From NCBI GenBank assembly GCA_033763455.1, contig JANRKO010000011.1:32001-96000 (forward strand): a stretch of DNA of 64,000 bases, written 5' to 3'. The translations under genes and the position numbers were made by a program. Within the stretch, counting starts at the first letter, position 1, and every line of letters starts with the position of its first letter. The notes below the pieces were generated by a model. The model was given only the letters and a program-made list of their open reading frames with translations. It was not told the origin of the DNA and ran no database searches. This document shows, piece by piece, positions 10,768-20,884 of this stretch. Origin of the DNA: Polyangiaceae bacterium. Lineage in GTDB: Bacteria; Myxococcota_A; Polyangia; Polyangiales; Polyangiaceae.

Positions 10768-10956
10768 CTACTGCATCTTCTCGATCTCAGCCCCCTGTTG
10801 GCCAACCTTTCGCGTGACGGTTTCCCCAAAAGCCTTCCACGTCCCAATCGCCGCCACAGCCACGAGCACAAGAATAATCACGTACTCCACCGTCGAGAGC
10901 CCACGCTCGTCGCCAGCGATTTGGAAGCGCGCATTTAACTTTCGCAGCATGTTCAT
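10768..10956 (-). CDS. flp: Flp family major pilin
   Basis: DERG/LSTVEYVIILVLVAV Flp motif; 62 aa; AGAAAGG SD upstream. Confidence 0.93.
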   Translation of the reverse strand: MNMLRKLNARFQIAGDERGLSTVEYVIILVLVAVAAIGTWKAFGETVTRKVGQQGAEIEKMQ

Positions 10957-11010
10957 TTGAATATACCTTTCTACATCTCAAACAATGAATTGAAGTCCAC
11001 GGCACCCCGC

Positions 11011-11039
11011 CCAAGTGAGGCCAGGTGTCGCCAAGTGAG
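11011..11039. promoter_or_regulatory. Tandem CCA(A/G)GTG boxes (10-bp period) upstream of flp, putative activator site
   Basis: CCAAGTGagg-CCAGGTGtcg-CCAAGTGag; GGCCAGGTGTCG is identical to 47837-47848. Confidence 0.5.
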
Positions 11040-11091
11040 AGCTCTTCGGCCCAACGTGGGCTCAGTTGCTAGAAATTTCGGGCTCGCTCGC

Positions 11092-11304
11092 TTAGGGAAC
11101 CGGCAGCAGAAGCCAGGCCATTTGTGCCTGAAAATGCCGCAAAAGGGGCAACCCTACGGCCACGAGGGCAGCCACGCACACTAGGGAAAAGACCGTGAGC
11201 ACCACGACGTATTCCACGAAGACGCTTCCCCGCTCGTCCCAAGCGAGGCCGCCTGGCACCTTCAGGGGACCGGGAGCAAAGCCGCGAGCTGCCCGTGCCA
11301 TCAT
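11092..11304 (-). CDS. Flp/TadE-like minor pilin
   Basis: DERG/SVFVEYVVVLTVF; the likely start is ATG 11304 (ATGA overlap), inside track ORF 11092..11583. Confidence 0.8.
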   Translation of the reverse strand: MMARAARGFAPGPLKVPGGLAWDERGSVFVEYVVVLTVFSLVCVAALVAVGLPLLRHFQAQMAWLLLPVP

Positions 11305-11978
11305 AACCTCTGTGGAATGTGTGGCGTGCGCTTGGCGCGTGCTCGCACCACTTTTACTTTTGGCTTTTCCTCTTGGAAAGCTTGCGCGAAAAGGAGCACT
11401 TCGTCTTCCTGGATGTGAAAGGAGCGGGTTGGGTTTTGTGGGCGAAGCCTTGGCGCATCGGTGGTATCGAGCTTCACGTCGAGATCGCTTTCGGGAGGGA
11501 GCTCGAACGCAAGATGAACAATGCCGTTCGCATCGCTGACTCCAGCTTTCTGACCGTTCACCGCCACGGGCAGGCCGGGCCAAGCCTGAACGGCGAGCAC
11601 CACTGAGCGAGTCTTGCGCAAGCAGCGAGCACGGTATTCGATGGTCTTCAGGGCTCCTTCGCCGCCCACTGCGTAAAGAGGACGCAACTCCAGCGGCAAC
11701 AACGCACCTTCCAGAGAATGCTTTGCCGGGCAGTCAATGCGAACGGGCAAGCTGGCTCCGGCTACTCCGTGTAGCGAATGTTTGAAGAGGCCAGCGCTAT
11801 CGGTTGTACCCCGCACGCCCCTGGCCTCGAACACCGCCCCTTCAAGCGGTTCATCCCGATCATCCACAACGCTCACCACGATTGGGAACGCGGCTCGCGT
11901 CGCCTGGGGCTCGCAGCCGAGCGTAGATGTTACACTCCAAATGCCCACAAGGGCTCGCAACCATTGACGACTATTCAT
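11301..11978 (-). CDS. Tad-associated lipoprotein (beta-sandwich, carboxypeptidase-regulatory-like)
   Basis: TLGC lipobox; VVDDRDEPLEGA...GTTDSAG; 4-bp overlaps on both sides. Confidence 0.65.
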   Translation of the reverse strand: MNSRQWLRALVGIWSVTSTLGCEPQATRAAFPIVVSVVDDRDEPLEGAVFEARGVRGTTDSAGLFKHSLHGVAGASLPVRIDCPAKHSLEGALLPLELRPLYAVGGEGALKTIEYRARCLRKTRSVVLAVQAWPGLPVAVNGQKAGVSDANGIVHLAFELPPESDLDVKLDTTDAPRLRPQNPTRSFHIQEDEVLLFAQAFQEEKPKVKVVRARAKRTPHIPQRL

Positions 11979-12910
11979 GGCGTTTGAGCCTCCTTTCTTG
12001 CGACGCGCGCGTGCTTTTTCTCAAGGATTTCCGCGGCCACTTGGAACGCGCGTTGGTCTGGGAACTGTTGGGCCAATTGGCGATAAGCACTCAACGCGGC
12101 GTCTAATCTTCCGGCTCGCAGCTGTTCAACTGCTTGCGCCGCAAGCTCGTTGGCAGGGGGTGATGGATTGGGTGCCTCTACTTGGGTATTCGCTCGCTCG
12201 GGGGTGCGCGCCTTCTCAGGTTTCTGCGTTGTGCTCCCCTCGGGAACTGCCGCGGGGATTGTTCTCTCTGATGCATGTGGCGTAGCGCGCAACGGCTTCG
12301 CTTCTTCACGATGTTCGGCCTGAGAAATCTGACGATGTGCTTGCCACCAGACGCCCCCAAAGGCTGCCATAAGCGTGCAACTCGCAGCGGCGACGGCCCC
12401 GAGAACCATTTGGAGATTGCCGGAGCGCGCTGCTTTCCGCGTCTTTCGCTCAACGCTTTCACGGCGTGCTGTATTGACCTCTGCTTGAGGCTCTGGCGGT
12501 CGCTGTGGAGCTGCAGCGGTGGCCGGCGGCACAATCACTGCCTCGGCTTGGGTTCGCATATCGAGATCAAGCACCGGAAACGGACGAATGGGTGCGCCGA
12601 CGGGGACGTGCTGAGCGGCAGCCGGAGCTGCCGCCCCAACCGGACCATGCAAAGGTGACGCCACTGTTACCTGCTGTGGCGGCCCATCGACCACCGTTAG
12701 CGGCAAAAACAGCGTCATTTCCCCCTGAACAGGCGCCGGCGCTGGCTCGTGCACTGCGAAATTCACAATGGCCGTCGGCGCATCGTAGCTACCCGCAAGA
12801 TCGCGCGTAGGTGTATCGAGATTGAGGCCCACGGGAGACTTTCGCTGCGGAAGATCGAAACGCGTCGCTTCTTCCACGCTCGTGTGCCCCTGACGCCGCG
12901 GGTCGTTCAT
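11975..12910 (-). CDS. Single-pass membrane protein with Pro/Thr-rich N-terminus and C-terminal TPR-like helix pair
   Basis: One TM segment; AVEQLRAGRLDAALSAYRQLAQQFP TPR-like. Confidence 0.65.
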   Translation of the reverse strand: MNDPRRQGHTSVEEATRFDLPQRKSPVGLNLDTPTRDLAGSYDAPTAIVNFAVHEPAPAPVQGEMTLFLPLTVVDGPPQQVTVASPLHGPVGAAAPAAAQHVPVGAPIRPFPVLDLDMRTQAEAVIVPPATAAAPQRPPEPQAEVNTARRESVERKTRKAARSGNLQMVLGAVAAASCTLMAAFGGVWWQAHRQISQAEHREEAKPLRATPHASERTIPAAVPEGSTTQKPEKARTPERANTQVEAPNPSPPANELAAQAVEQLRAGRLDAALSAYRQLAQQFPDQRAFQVAAEILEKKHARVARKEAQTP

Positions 12911-14016
12911 GCTTGCCTCCGCAACGCTTCCGAGGCAGCAGCCAGCATGCTGGGCGGCAATGCAACCCCTGTCGCGACCATGAGCGGTTCACAGCGCGGC
13001 AAAGCGCCCGAGGGAGCCAGGCGGTACGCGCCATCGCTGCCATATTTGCCCTCGAAGAGATGGCAGATCTTAAACTCACCCTTTTCGTCGGTGCCGCGCA
13101 CTTCGCTGATATGGGACACCTTGCGGCTACCGTCCTTCAGGCGTGTGACCTGCACGATAATGTCGATACCTGAGCCCAGCTGAGAGCGAAGCGCTAACAA
13201 GGGAAGCTCCACGTCGGCCATGAGCGCCATCGTTTCTAAGCGACTCATGGCATCGCGCGGATACGAAGCGTGCACGGTGGACAGGCAACCACCGTGACCC
13301 GAGGTCATCGCCTGGATCAGATCGAGAGCCTCGCCGCTGCGGATCTCGCCGATCACGATGCGATCCGGGCGCAGGCGCAACGTAGCTTTAAAGAGATCTC
13401 GAATGGAAACGGCGCCCTTTCCGCGAGGATCTGGGGCACGTGTTTCCAGCTGCACCACGTGGTCGTGCTGGAGTTGCAGTTCCCGGGCGTCCTCAATCAC
13501 CACGATGCGATCACCTTTAGGAATGAACGACGAGAGAGCGTTCAACATGCTCGTCTTGCCCGTGCCGGTGCCCCCCGCCACGATGATGTTTTGCTGGCAG
13601 ATCACGAGGCCTTTGAGCAATGCGGCTGCGTCTTCGGGCAAAGCCCCCACCTCCACCAAGCGCCCAATGGTGAGCTTGCTCTTCGAAAAGCGACGAATGG
13701 CAACGCTTGGGCCATCTGGGGCCACAGGCGGTAGCACCGCTTCAACACGCGAACCATCCGGCAGGTGCCCTTCTAAGATTGGGTGTTCCTCGTCCAACGG
13801 CCGCCCCACGAACTGGGCGATATTGCGCAGCGCCGAAAGCAGCGCTTCCGATGACGAGAACTTGGTATCCGTGAGCACTAGCTGGCCCCGGCGCTCCACG
13901 TAGATCCTATCAGGACCATTGATCATGACCTCACTGACGGACTCATCTTCCAGATGCGCTCGGATTGGCTCCAAGAAATGTATTACTGACTCGGCAAAAA
14001 CCTCTTTGGGGATCAC
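12907..14016 (-). CDS. cpaF: CpaF/TadA secretion ATPase (short copy)
   Basis: Walker A GGTGTGKT, IEDAREL, LRLRPDRIVIGEIR, TSGHGG...TVHA. Confidence 0.95.
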   Translation of the reverse strand: MIPKEVFAESVIHFLEPIRAHLEDESVSEVMINGPDRIYVERRGQLVLTDTKFSSSEALLSALRNIAQFVGRPLDEEHPILEGHLPDGSRVEAVLPPVAPDGPSVAIRRFSKSKLTIGRLVEVGALPEDAAALLKGLVICQQNIIVAGGTGTGKTSMLNALSSFIPKGDRIVVIEDARELQLQHDHVVQLETRAPDPRGKGAVSIRDLFKATLRLRPDRIVIGEIRSGEALDLIQAMTSGHGGCLSTVHASYPRDAMSRLETMALMADVELPLLALRSQLGSGIDIIVQVTRLKDGSRKVSHISEVRGTDEKGEFKICHLFEGKYGSDGAYRLAPSGALPRCEPLMVATGVALPPSMLAAASEALRRQA

Positions 14017-14666
14017 AGAACTTCCTCCGAAATTGGGCTGGGAATGGGTGAGGCTTGCTGCATTCGCTGCATTTGTTCCCGCACCTCAACAGCGTCCGGG
14101 CCGTTTGGTTGGAGCTTCAAATACGCTGCCAACCGCTGCTCGGCACTTGGGTAGTCGCCACGTTCGAGCAACAGCTCGCCAGCCAAGCGCAGCGCAGGTG
14201 CGTGGTCAGGCTTGCGCGCCAAAACTTGATCTAGCTCCCGAATGGCACGATCCGAATCTCCGATGCCAGCGTAGAGTGTCGCTATTAAGTAGCGAAGCTC
14301 CACATTGTCCGACTGTTCACGCAAGTACGGCGAAGCATAACTCAGCGCACTTCGAAAACGCCCGGCGCGCACGCAGACGCTCACCAACTTTGGCAGCACA
14401 AAAGCGGGGTTCGCGCCCATTTCCAACGCCGCACTGAAATATTGCTCGGCTCTTATCGTTTCACCAACGCGTGCCAAGGCTTCAGCTTCTCTGACAAGCT
14501 GAGCGGGCGTCTCACTACTGGGAGACTTCGCCGATACCGCTTGATTCGGGCCAGCACAGGCGCTCAACACTCCCAGCGAAAGCGCGCAGACCAAGCCGAT
14601 CTGCGCGATGCTACGGGCTCGAATTATTCGTCGGATGGCTAACGATGGGGGACGGAGTTCAAACAT
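14013..14666 (-). CDS. TPR lipoprotein (TadD-like pilotin candidate)
   Basis: LSAC lipobox; tandem TPR repeats. Confidence 0.75.
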   Translation of the reverse strand: MFELRPPSLAIRRIIRARSIAQIGLVCALSLGVLSACAGPNQAVSAKSPSSETPAQLVREAEALARVGETIRAEQYFSAALEMGANPAFVLPKLVSVCVRAGRFRSALSYASPYLREQSDNVELRYLIATLYAGIGDSDRAIRELDQVLARKPDHAPALRLAGELLLERGDYPSAEQRLAAYLKLQPNGPDAVEVREQMQRMQQASPIPSPISEEVL

Positions 14667-14717
14667 GACCCCTTCCCTTCGGCCGCTCCCGAAGCCGGTT
14701 GCGTGTTTTCAGAATCG

Positions 14718-15317
14718 CTATTTCTTTGACGATTTCGACAATTTTGCCTCGGTATCCACCTCTAGGACCCGTAGGCGTTCGCCGAACGCTCCACCGTTCT
14801 TGCCCCAGAGCGCCTTGAGCGCCCGAAGTTCACTCAATTCTTCCTCTGGCTGGCCATTTTCGCGAGCCAACTCGGAGCGCAGCAGGTGTGCCTGAAACGA
14901 GCGCCATATCTCAGTGCGCCATTCAACCGCCTGCATGCGCAATGCTTGAGAGCGCGCTGCCACTCCTGCGTTCTCAAGGCACGCCGCAGCCTCGCTGAGC
15001 AATCCCACCGCCTCAATCCCGTCGGAGGGCTCAAACGGCGCTCGCTCCTTCTTGGCGAAGGCCGCCTGTTCAGAAGTTCGAGCACGCTCCGCGGGAGCTT
15101 CCCCAGGCTTGGCGTGGCAACCTGTGACTGTACCGAACAGATCCTGCTCGGTGGGGCGCGTGGAGGGGGATTCGATATGCCCCACCCCATCATTCGCGAA
15201 CGAGAACAGCAGGGCGCCCACCGCACCTGCGGCAACGAGTGCCAAAATCAGCGTACGGCTCTTGGACCCCTCCGGCGCGCTTCCGTCTCCCGCGTTTATC
15301 GCTTGAATATCTGTCAT
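14718..15317 (-). CDS. Hypothetical membrane-anchored helical protein of the Tad locus
   Basis: N-terminal TM; co-oriented with the tad genes. Confidence 0.6.
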   Translation of the reverse strand: MTDIQAINAGDGSAPEGSKSRTLILALVAAGAVGALLFSFANDGVGHIESPSTRPTEQDLFGTVTGCHAKPGEAPAERARTSEQAAFAKKERAPFEPSDGIEAVGLLSEAAACLENAGVAARSQALRMQAVEWRTEIWRSFQAHLLRSELARENGQPEEELSELRALKALWGKNGGAFGERLRVLEVDTEAKLSKSSKK

Positions 15318-15338
15318 AAGAATTGACCCTTTGCGTGT

Positions 15339-16256
15339 TTAGAAACCTGCGCCCGTTACGATAAAAGGGCCCATTAACAGCAGCAAAATGCAGCCAAAAA
15401 CGAACACCATCGGAATAATCATCAACACGCCCGCACGTGTGGCTGCTTCCTCGGCCATGACGGTTCGCTGCCCACGGCTGACGTTCGCCTGGGTGAGCAA
15501 TGCCTCTGAGATCGGGGTGCCCTTCTCTTCAGCTTGCGTGAGTGCGCGCACCAAATCCCGAACCGAAGATGCCGGCGTTCGTTGCTCAAAGGCCGCCAGC
15601 GCCTCACGCCGGGTTTGACCTAAGTTGAGCGCCGCCAGCAGGCGTTCGATTTCCGCACCGAGTGGATCTCCAGCGGGTGCTTCCCGAGCAACCATCGCAA
15701 GCGAGGACGGGAAATCCAAGCCTGCGCTTGTGCAGAGAGCCGCTAGATCTATCGCCGCTGGCAAACGCCGCCCAATCGATTTCAAACGCAGCCGCATCGC
15801 GGACTCCACTTGGAGATGAATGATCGCCGGCCCACCTACGACCCCGAGCACCAAGTACAACATACCTTGACCCGTGAGCTCACTCAGCCCAAAGCCCACT
15901 AGGCCAAACACGACCATAGCGAGCACCATGGCTCCGGAGAATTCATCCGGAGCTAGCCCCAAGTAATCCCCCGCTTGCTCCAGGCGCCGTGCCTGACGAG
16001 CGCGAAACGCCGCCACAGAAGGGCTATTGGGGAACAAACCCAACGTGTCGTGAACGATGCCACCCATCCAACGCACCATCGGCTCCACCAGGCGAAAACC
16101 GCCTGATTCCGCTAGCGCTTGGTCGCGCGCCCTGGCGCGATATCCACGCCGACCTTCTCCCAAAGGCCGCACACGCAGCAACGCCGCAACGAAGCTCACG
16201 CTCGCGACAAGAACTAGGGACAGCATCACATAACGTAACATCAACAGTTGAGACAT
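15339..16256 (-). CDS. tadC: TadC (T2SS-F family) inner membrane platform protein
   Basis: LPAAIDLAALCTSAGLDF, QAEEKGTPISEAL, AEEAA. Confidence 0.9.
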   Translation of the reverse strand: MSQLLMLRYVMLSLVLVASVSFVAALLRVRPLGEGRRGYRARARDQALAESGGFRLVEPMVRWMGGIVHDTLGLFPNSPSVAAFRARQARRLEQAGDYLGLAPDEFSGAMVLAMVVFGLVGFGLSELTGQGMLYLVLGVVGGPAIIHLQVESAMRLRLKSIGRRLPAAIDLAALCTSAGLDFPSSLAMVAREAPAGDPLGAEIERLLAALNLGQTRREALAAFEQRTPASSVRDLVRALTQAEEKGTPISEALLTQANVSRGQRTVMAEEAATRAGVLMIIPMVFVFGCILLLLMGPFIVTGAGF

Positions 16257-16272
16257 CCATTCGCTCCGCTTT

Positions 16273-17118
16273 TCAGAGATCCACTAGAAGGATCTTGCGG
16301 GCGGCGACAATCGCCGCAAGCCAGAGAACCACGGCGACCGCGAAGACCAAGTGGCCGGTGAGTGTGGTTTCAAGGGGACGGAAAAATAGAGGATCCATCA
16401 TGCGCACCCCGAGGTAGAGCGGGATGGGGATGGCTCCGATCACGAAGGCTTGCGCCTTACCTTCGGCTGTTTTGGTGCGCACCACGCCTTCCAGGCGCGC
16501 CATCTCGCGGAGGCTGGAAGCTGCAGTGCTCAAAGCCCGGGGCAAATTCCCTCCTGTTCGACGCGCCGTTCGCAGCACCGCAACCGCAGCTCGAAACGTG
16601 GAACTCTTGACCCTTTCAGCACCACATTCGAGGGCACCGTCGAACGGCATACCAAGCTGCACTTCCTTCAGAATCAGTTCCACTTCCGAAAGCAGTGGCT
16701 CTGAGATCACCGCGCACGCAGAGGCCATGGCGTCTCCCAAAGATGGCGTAGAATGCAGCGCGTTTCCCAGGGCATTGAGCCACCCCTCCACTTGCTGATC
16801 GATACGGTTCACCCGCTTTTGGCGCTCTCCAGACATCACCAAAGGCACGCTCATCAAGCCAGCTAAGGGAAGCAACGCGTACCAGTATTGATGCATTGCT
16901 GCCAACACGAGCGCCAACACCAACGCCCCGCACTGACCCAGGATAATGCTGAGCGACGTTTTGTCTGAACGGAGGAACGCCAACTCGCCATCCAGCCACT
17001 GTCGATACCGGGCAAGCTGCCGAGAAAGTGCTGGCACCAGCACCCAGATGGCGCCACCGATGGCAAGCACTCCCAAAGCGCCCACCACGCGCCCAAGCCA
17101 AAACCAGATCGGCATCAC
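16273..17118 (-). CDS. tadB: TadB (T2SS-F family) inner membrane platform protein
   Basis: EVQLGMPFDGAL, RRTGGNL, RTKTAEGKAQA. Confidence 0.9.
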   Translation of the reverse strand: MMPIWFWLGRVVGALGVLAIGGAIWVLVPALSRQLARYRQWLDGELAFLRSDKTSLSIILGQCGALVLALVLAAMHQYWYALLPLAGLMSVPLVMSGERQKRVNRIDQQVEGWLNALGNALHSTPSLGDAMASACAVISEPLLSEVELILKEVQLGMPFDGALECGAERVKSSTFRAAVAVLRTARRTGGNLPRALSTAASSLREMARLEGVVRTKTAEGKAQAFVIGAIPIPLYLGVRMMDPLFFRPLETTLTGHLVFAVAVVLWLAAIVAARKILLVDL

Positions 17119-18815
17119 ACGTAGTCTCCTTGGGTGGCAACGCCATAAGCGATGAATTGATCTACGTACGAAGGCATGTAGCCGCTCGCGCGGTGTTCCC
17201 CGACGATCTTGCCGTTCTCAGCCGTGCCCGTGCGGCAGAAGCTAAAGATCTCGCGCATCTCGATCTCACCACCGTGGCTCAGCCCCGTAAGCTCGGTGAT
17301 ATTCGTGACGCGCCGTGAGCCGTCCGAAAGCCTGGATTGCTGAACAATCACGTGCACGCTGGAGGCAATTTGGCGGCGAATCGCCTGGATCGGGAGCTCT
17401 ACGCCAGACATCAAACACAGGGTTTCGATGCGGGCAATGGCCTCTTTGGGGCTATTGGCGTGCGTTGTTGTCATCGAACCCTCATGGCCGGTATTCATGG
17501 CCTGCAACATGTCGAGAGTTTCGCCTCCGCGACACTCACCGACGAGGATCCGATCGGGGCGCATCCGGAGTGCGTTTTTCAAGAGATCTCGAATGGTGTA
17601 TTCGCCTTTGCCCTCCATGTTAGGCGGGCGGGATTCCAGCGAAACAACGTGCGGCTGACGCAGCTGAAGCTCGGCGGCATCTTCAATCGTAACCAGACGT
17701 TCGTCGGGAGCGATGGCCCCCGAGAGCACATTGAGCAAGGTTGTCTTTCCGCTACCTGTGCCACCGGAGATCACAATGTTCTTCTTTACGCGCACCGAGC
17801 GTTCCAAGAATGTGGCCATGCGCTGGCTGAGCGAGCCAAACTTCACCAGCTCGCTCATCTGGAGCGGCTCTTTCCTGAACTTTCGAATCGTAATGCAGGC
17901 GCCTTTGAGCGCCAGCGGAGGGATCACGGCATTCACGCGCGAGCCATCCTTCAGGCGAGCATCCACGATGGGCGTTGATTCATCAATGCGGCGACCAAGT
18001 GGAGTCACGATGCGCTCAATCACCGCGCGCACGGTTTCATCGTCGGTGAAGCGCAGGCCAGTGAGCGTCAGTTTTCCGCCTCTTTCCGCGTAAATACTCT
18101 GCGGATCGACCACCATGATCTCGCTCACATCCACGTCATTGAGCAGTTGCTCGAGCGGACCCAACCCGAGCGCTTCATCCGCCAGCTCTCGTACTAGCAA
18201 TTCGCGATCGACGTCCGGCGGCAGCTCCCCCGCAAAGCTTGTCACAATCGTGGTCAAAGCTTCGACCACCTTCGGACGCAGCTCCTCCACATTGAGACGA
18301 GCGCGATCTACTTTGGGCAGATCGAGATGGTCGAGCAAGCTCCGATGAATGCGACGGCGGATGAGCGCGGGAGCCGAAGCGGACACTTCAGGCTTTGCGA
18401 CTGCCTCAGGCACGGGCACAGCAACCGGCGCGGGAACCGGAGCAGGCTTAGGTTCTTCGAAAGCAGGTGCAACGACCGGGGACGGAGCGGGCACCTGAGC
18501 CACCTCGGAAACCCCCTTGCGCAGCAACTGCAGTTCAAACGGGCCTACCCTAATGGGCACACTCGGGCCGCGGACCACGCGCGCCGCCTGACGCAACAGC
18601 AAGCCATCCACTAAAGAGCCATTGTGCGAACAATCCGCAACCACCAGATCCGCCCCCTGGCGAGAGAGGGACACGTGCCGCCGAGAGACCACATTCGAAG
18701 GTAAAAACACGGCACATTCGGGACTCCTCCCGATCCAGAGCGGCTCATTTCCAACGCACAATTCCTGAGCTCCCGAAGGGGTGACCACCGTCACCCAGAG
18801 GTCAGCGCTGTCCAT
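17115..18815 (-). CDS. cpaF: FHA-domain-fused CpaF/TadA ATPase
   Basis: FHA motifs IGRS...VSRRH...SHNGS; Pro-rich linker; Walker [24 protein letters not shown]; start ATG 18815. Confidence 0.93.
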   Translation of the reverse strand: MDSADLWVTVVTPSGAQELCVGNEPLWIGRSPECAVFLPSNVVSRRHVSLSRQGADLVVADCSHNGSLVDGLLLRQAARVVRGPSVPIRVGPFELQLLRKGVSEVAQVPAPSPVVAPAFEEPKPAPVPAPVAVPVPEAVAKPEVSASAPALIRRRIHRSLLDHLDLPKVDRARLNVEELRPKVVEALTTIVTSFAGELPPDVDRELLVRELADEALGLGPLEQLLNDVDVSEIMVVDPQSIYAERGGKLTLTGLRFTDDETVRAVIERIVTPLGRRIDESTPIVDARLKDGSRVNAVIPPLALKGACITIRKFRKEPLQMSELVKFGSLSQRMATFLERSVRVKKNIVISGGTGSGKTTLLNVLSGAIAPDERLVTIEDAAELQLRQPHVVSLESRPPNMEGKGEYTIRDLLKNALRMRPDRILVGECRGGETLDMLQAMNTGHEGSMTTTHANSPKEAIARIETLCLMSGVELPIQAIRRQIASSVHVIVQQSRLSDGSRRVTNITELTGLSHGGEIEMREIFSFCRTGTAENGKIVGEHRASGYMPSYVDQFIAYGVATQGDYV

Positions 18816-19956
18816 GTGCCGGCCCTTTCCACTTGGGTGCGTCAACCATCCGGCTTTCGTCGATATTGCCAGAGTAATCTTCGAACAACGCCAAAGCTTC
18901 TTTGATGCGCCGCTCCGCATCAGCCGAAGTGGCATCCACCACCGAGGGGACGATCATCACAATATTCTCGGTATCCTGGGATGCGGAGCGTTCAGAACCA
19001 AACAACAAACCTAAAAGCGGGATCTGGCTCAACCCCGGCAAGCCGGAACGCGTGTGGACTTCGCTCTTCGAGGTAAGGCCCGCTAAAATGAGCGATTGAC
19101 CCAGCTCCAGATTCACAATCGTGTCTAGCTGGGAGGTGGTACGGCCTGGGGCACCGGTGCCGCGGTCGTCCGCGAGATCGGAGACATCTGCGTGTACGTA
19201 GAGATCCAATCTTCCAGACTCCGAATCGTATTTCGGTTGGATCTGAAGTGAGCTCCCAAACGAGATCTGGTGAATGCCCGAAGAAAGGCTGCCTTGCACC
19301 GGGATATTTACCTCGCCACCCCCTGAAAAAGAGGCCTTTTCGCCGTTCGCCGTGATAACAGCAGCGTGGCGCATGAGCTTGGCGTAGCCCTTGGCCTGGG
19401 CAATATCGAGCTTAGGCAACGCTTGGGTCACCACAGCTGCGGCCGTCTCGAAACGATTGGCCACAAGATCATACTGAAGATTCAGCGTGCCGCCGCCCAA
19501 TGAGCCCGGCCAATCCATCCCCACCTGGTGGTTGTAACTTTTGTCCAGCTGGACAAAGTAGAAGTCTAACCGAATGTTGTCCCGCGCTCGGATGCCAGTG
19601 GGCGTCTCTTCTGCTTTTTCGGGCAGACCACTTTCTACTTCGATGCCGAACTGGCGCTTCGAACCATTTTGCATAATGAGCAGCAAAGAGGTTACGCCGG
19701 GGTTCATGGCTACCACCACAAAGTCTTTCGCATCCGGCGTTAAGCGAACATCTACGATACCCTTTACGCCTTCCGAAAAGCTCTGCACACCAGCGGCAGA
19801 CAGCACCTGCTGTTCACCTATTTTGAGGCGAATACTTTGAGCTGGGGCAGAGGCCTCCAAGCCGGAACCAACTTCGGCCCTGGCAGGGAAACACACCGTA
19901 GAAAGTAGCCCGCAGACGGAGGCCGATAGTGCAAAGGCTCGATACCATTTTCTCAT
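18802..19956 (-). CDS. cpaC: CpaC/RcpA-type secretin
   Basis: Signal peptide; NGEKASFSGGGE; GLPGLSQIPLLGLLFGS secretin motif; IVPSVV. Confidence 0.88.
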   Translation of the reverse strand: MRKWYRAFALSASVCGLLSTVCFPARAEVGSGLEASAPAQSIRLKIGEQQVLSAAGVQSFSEGVKGIVDVRLTPDAKDFVVVAMNPGVTSLLLIMQNGSKRQFGIEVESGLPEKAEETPTGIRARDNIRLDFYFVQLDKSYNHQVGMDWPGSLGGGTLNLQYDLVANRFETAAAVVTQALPKLDIAQAKGYAKLMRHAAVITANGEKASFSGGGEVNIPVQGSLSSGIHQISFGSSLQIQPKYDSESGRLDLYVHADVSDLADDRGTGAPGRTTSQLDTIVNLELGQSLILAGLTSKSEVHTRSGLPGLSQIPLLGLLFGSERSASQDTENIVMIVPSVVDATSADAERRIKEALALFEDYSGNIDESRMVDAPKWKGPAHGQR

Positions 19957-19989
19957 AATCTTTTCCTCAAACAGGGGTAAATTTCCGGA

Positions 19990-20760
19990 TTACTGAACGC
20001 GCTCGATCACGGGCACTTGCGGCTGTTTCCTGGCGGTAATGCTCACGTCCGCTGGAGTTTCAGTGCGGTGAATGTCCTCCCGGGTTGTGCCCGGAAGCTT
20101 TTCAAGCAGCGTGATGTCATCCGCATTTCTGAGCGAGAGGCGCAGCGTCCCACCCTGTTCTGCTTGAGTAATGGTCTGTGCTTGCTCCACTGACAAACTC
20201 AGAACCACCGAATTTGCTGAACCGTGCGATGAAGTACCTTCTGCGGAAGCCTCTGTGCTCCCATTCACAGCTAACACCAGAAGATTCTGCAGGAGCGTAA
20301 CCGTTTCCGATCCCGCGTGGGAGGTAAAAAGCAGATCGACGCGATCTCCTGGCCGTAGAAGCCCATCAAACAACTGATCCGAGGAGATATTGAGAGCACG
20401 CATTCCCTTCTGCACTAGGCCCGCCAGTGAGCGAGCCGCGACTTCCCCACCAGCCACATCACTCCACTCCAAGGTATCACCCGCCTTCAGCATGGCTGTG
20501 GTACGGACGCCCACAAGCTTTTCCGCGTCTTGTGCACGCACTTGACGGCGGTTCACATAGCTCGCAGGAACCTCTTGGACGGCCAAGTTATCGCGAGTGA
20601 TGGCAGCCCCTATTGCCAAATCACGAGCTGTGGAGAGCACGCGCACCTTCGGGCCGCCGGCTACATCCTGCTCGAGCCGCGTGAGGTAAACATGGCCGAG
20701 CCCCGCCGCCAGGGCGCCCGAGGCGAGGGAAACGAACACTAACGTTTTGCTGGATATCAT
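19990..20760 (-). CDS. cpaB: CpaB/RcpC Flp pilus assembly protein (SAF domain)
   Basis: ARDLAIG, GMRALNI, LLRPGDRVDL, LLQNLLVLAV, LRLSLRN. Confidence 0.93.
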   Translation of the reverse strand: MISSKTLVFVSLASGALAAGLGHVYLTRLEQDVAGGPKVRVLSTARDLAIGAAITRDNLAVQEVPASYVNRRQVRAQDAEKLVGVRTTAMLKAGDTLEWSDVAGGEVAARSLAGLVQKGMRALNISSDQLFDGLLRPGDRVDLLFTSHAGSETVTLLQNLLVLAVNGSTEASAEGTSSHGSANSVVLSLSVEQAQTITQAEQGGTLRLSLRNADDITLLEKLPGTTREDIHRTETPADVSITARKQPQVPVIERVQ

Positions 20761-20884
20761 AGCTGCCCCCCGTATCGACCTGCATCGGGGCCAGTTGCCG
20801 AAAAAAGCACCTGCTACGAAGTACGCAACTCAAGCATGGGCGTGCCGAAAGGGGCTGGAACCTGAAAATCCGAAAGCCTTTTTC

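Noticed and set aside
12942..12953. CCAGCATGCTGG as a fourth copy of the palindrome
   Set aside because: Inside a CDS and lacks the TACTT/AAGTA arms
18816..18935. Extended N-terminus of FHA-CpaF, and similar extensions at 26798, 42609 and 58513
   Set aside because: They overlap neighbouring genes or promoters; downstream starts with SD, signal peptide or stop/start coupling fit better
20833..20847. sigma54 promoter for cpaB (CGGCACGCCCATGCT)
   Set aside because: GG-to-GC spacing is 9, not the required 10
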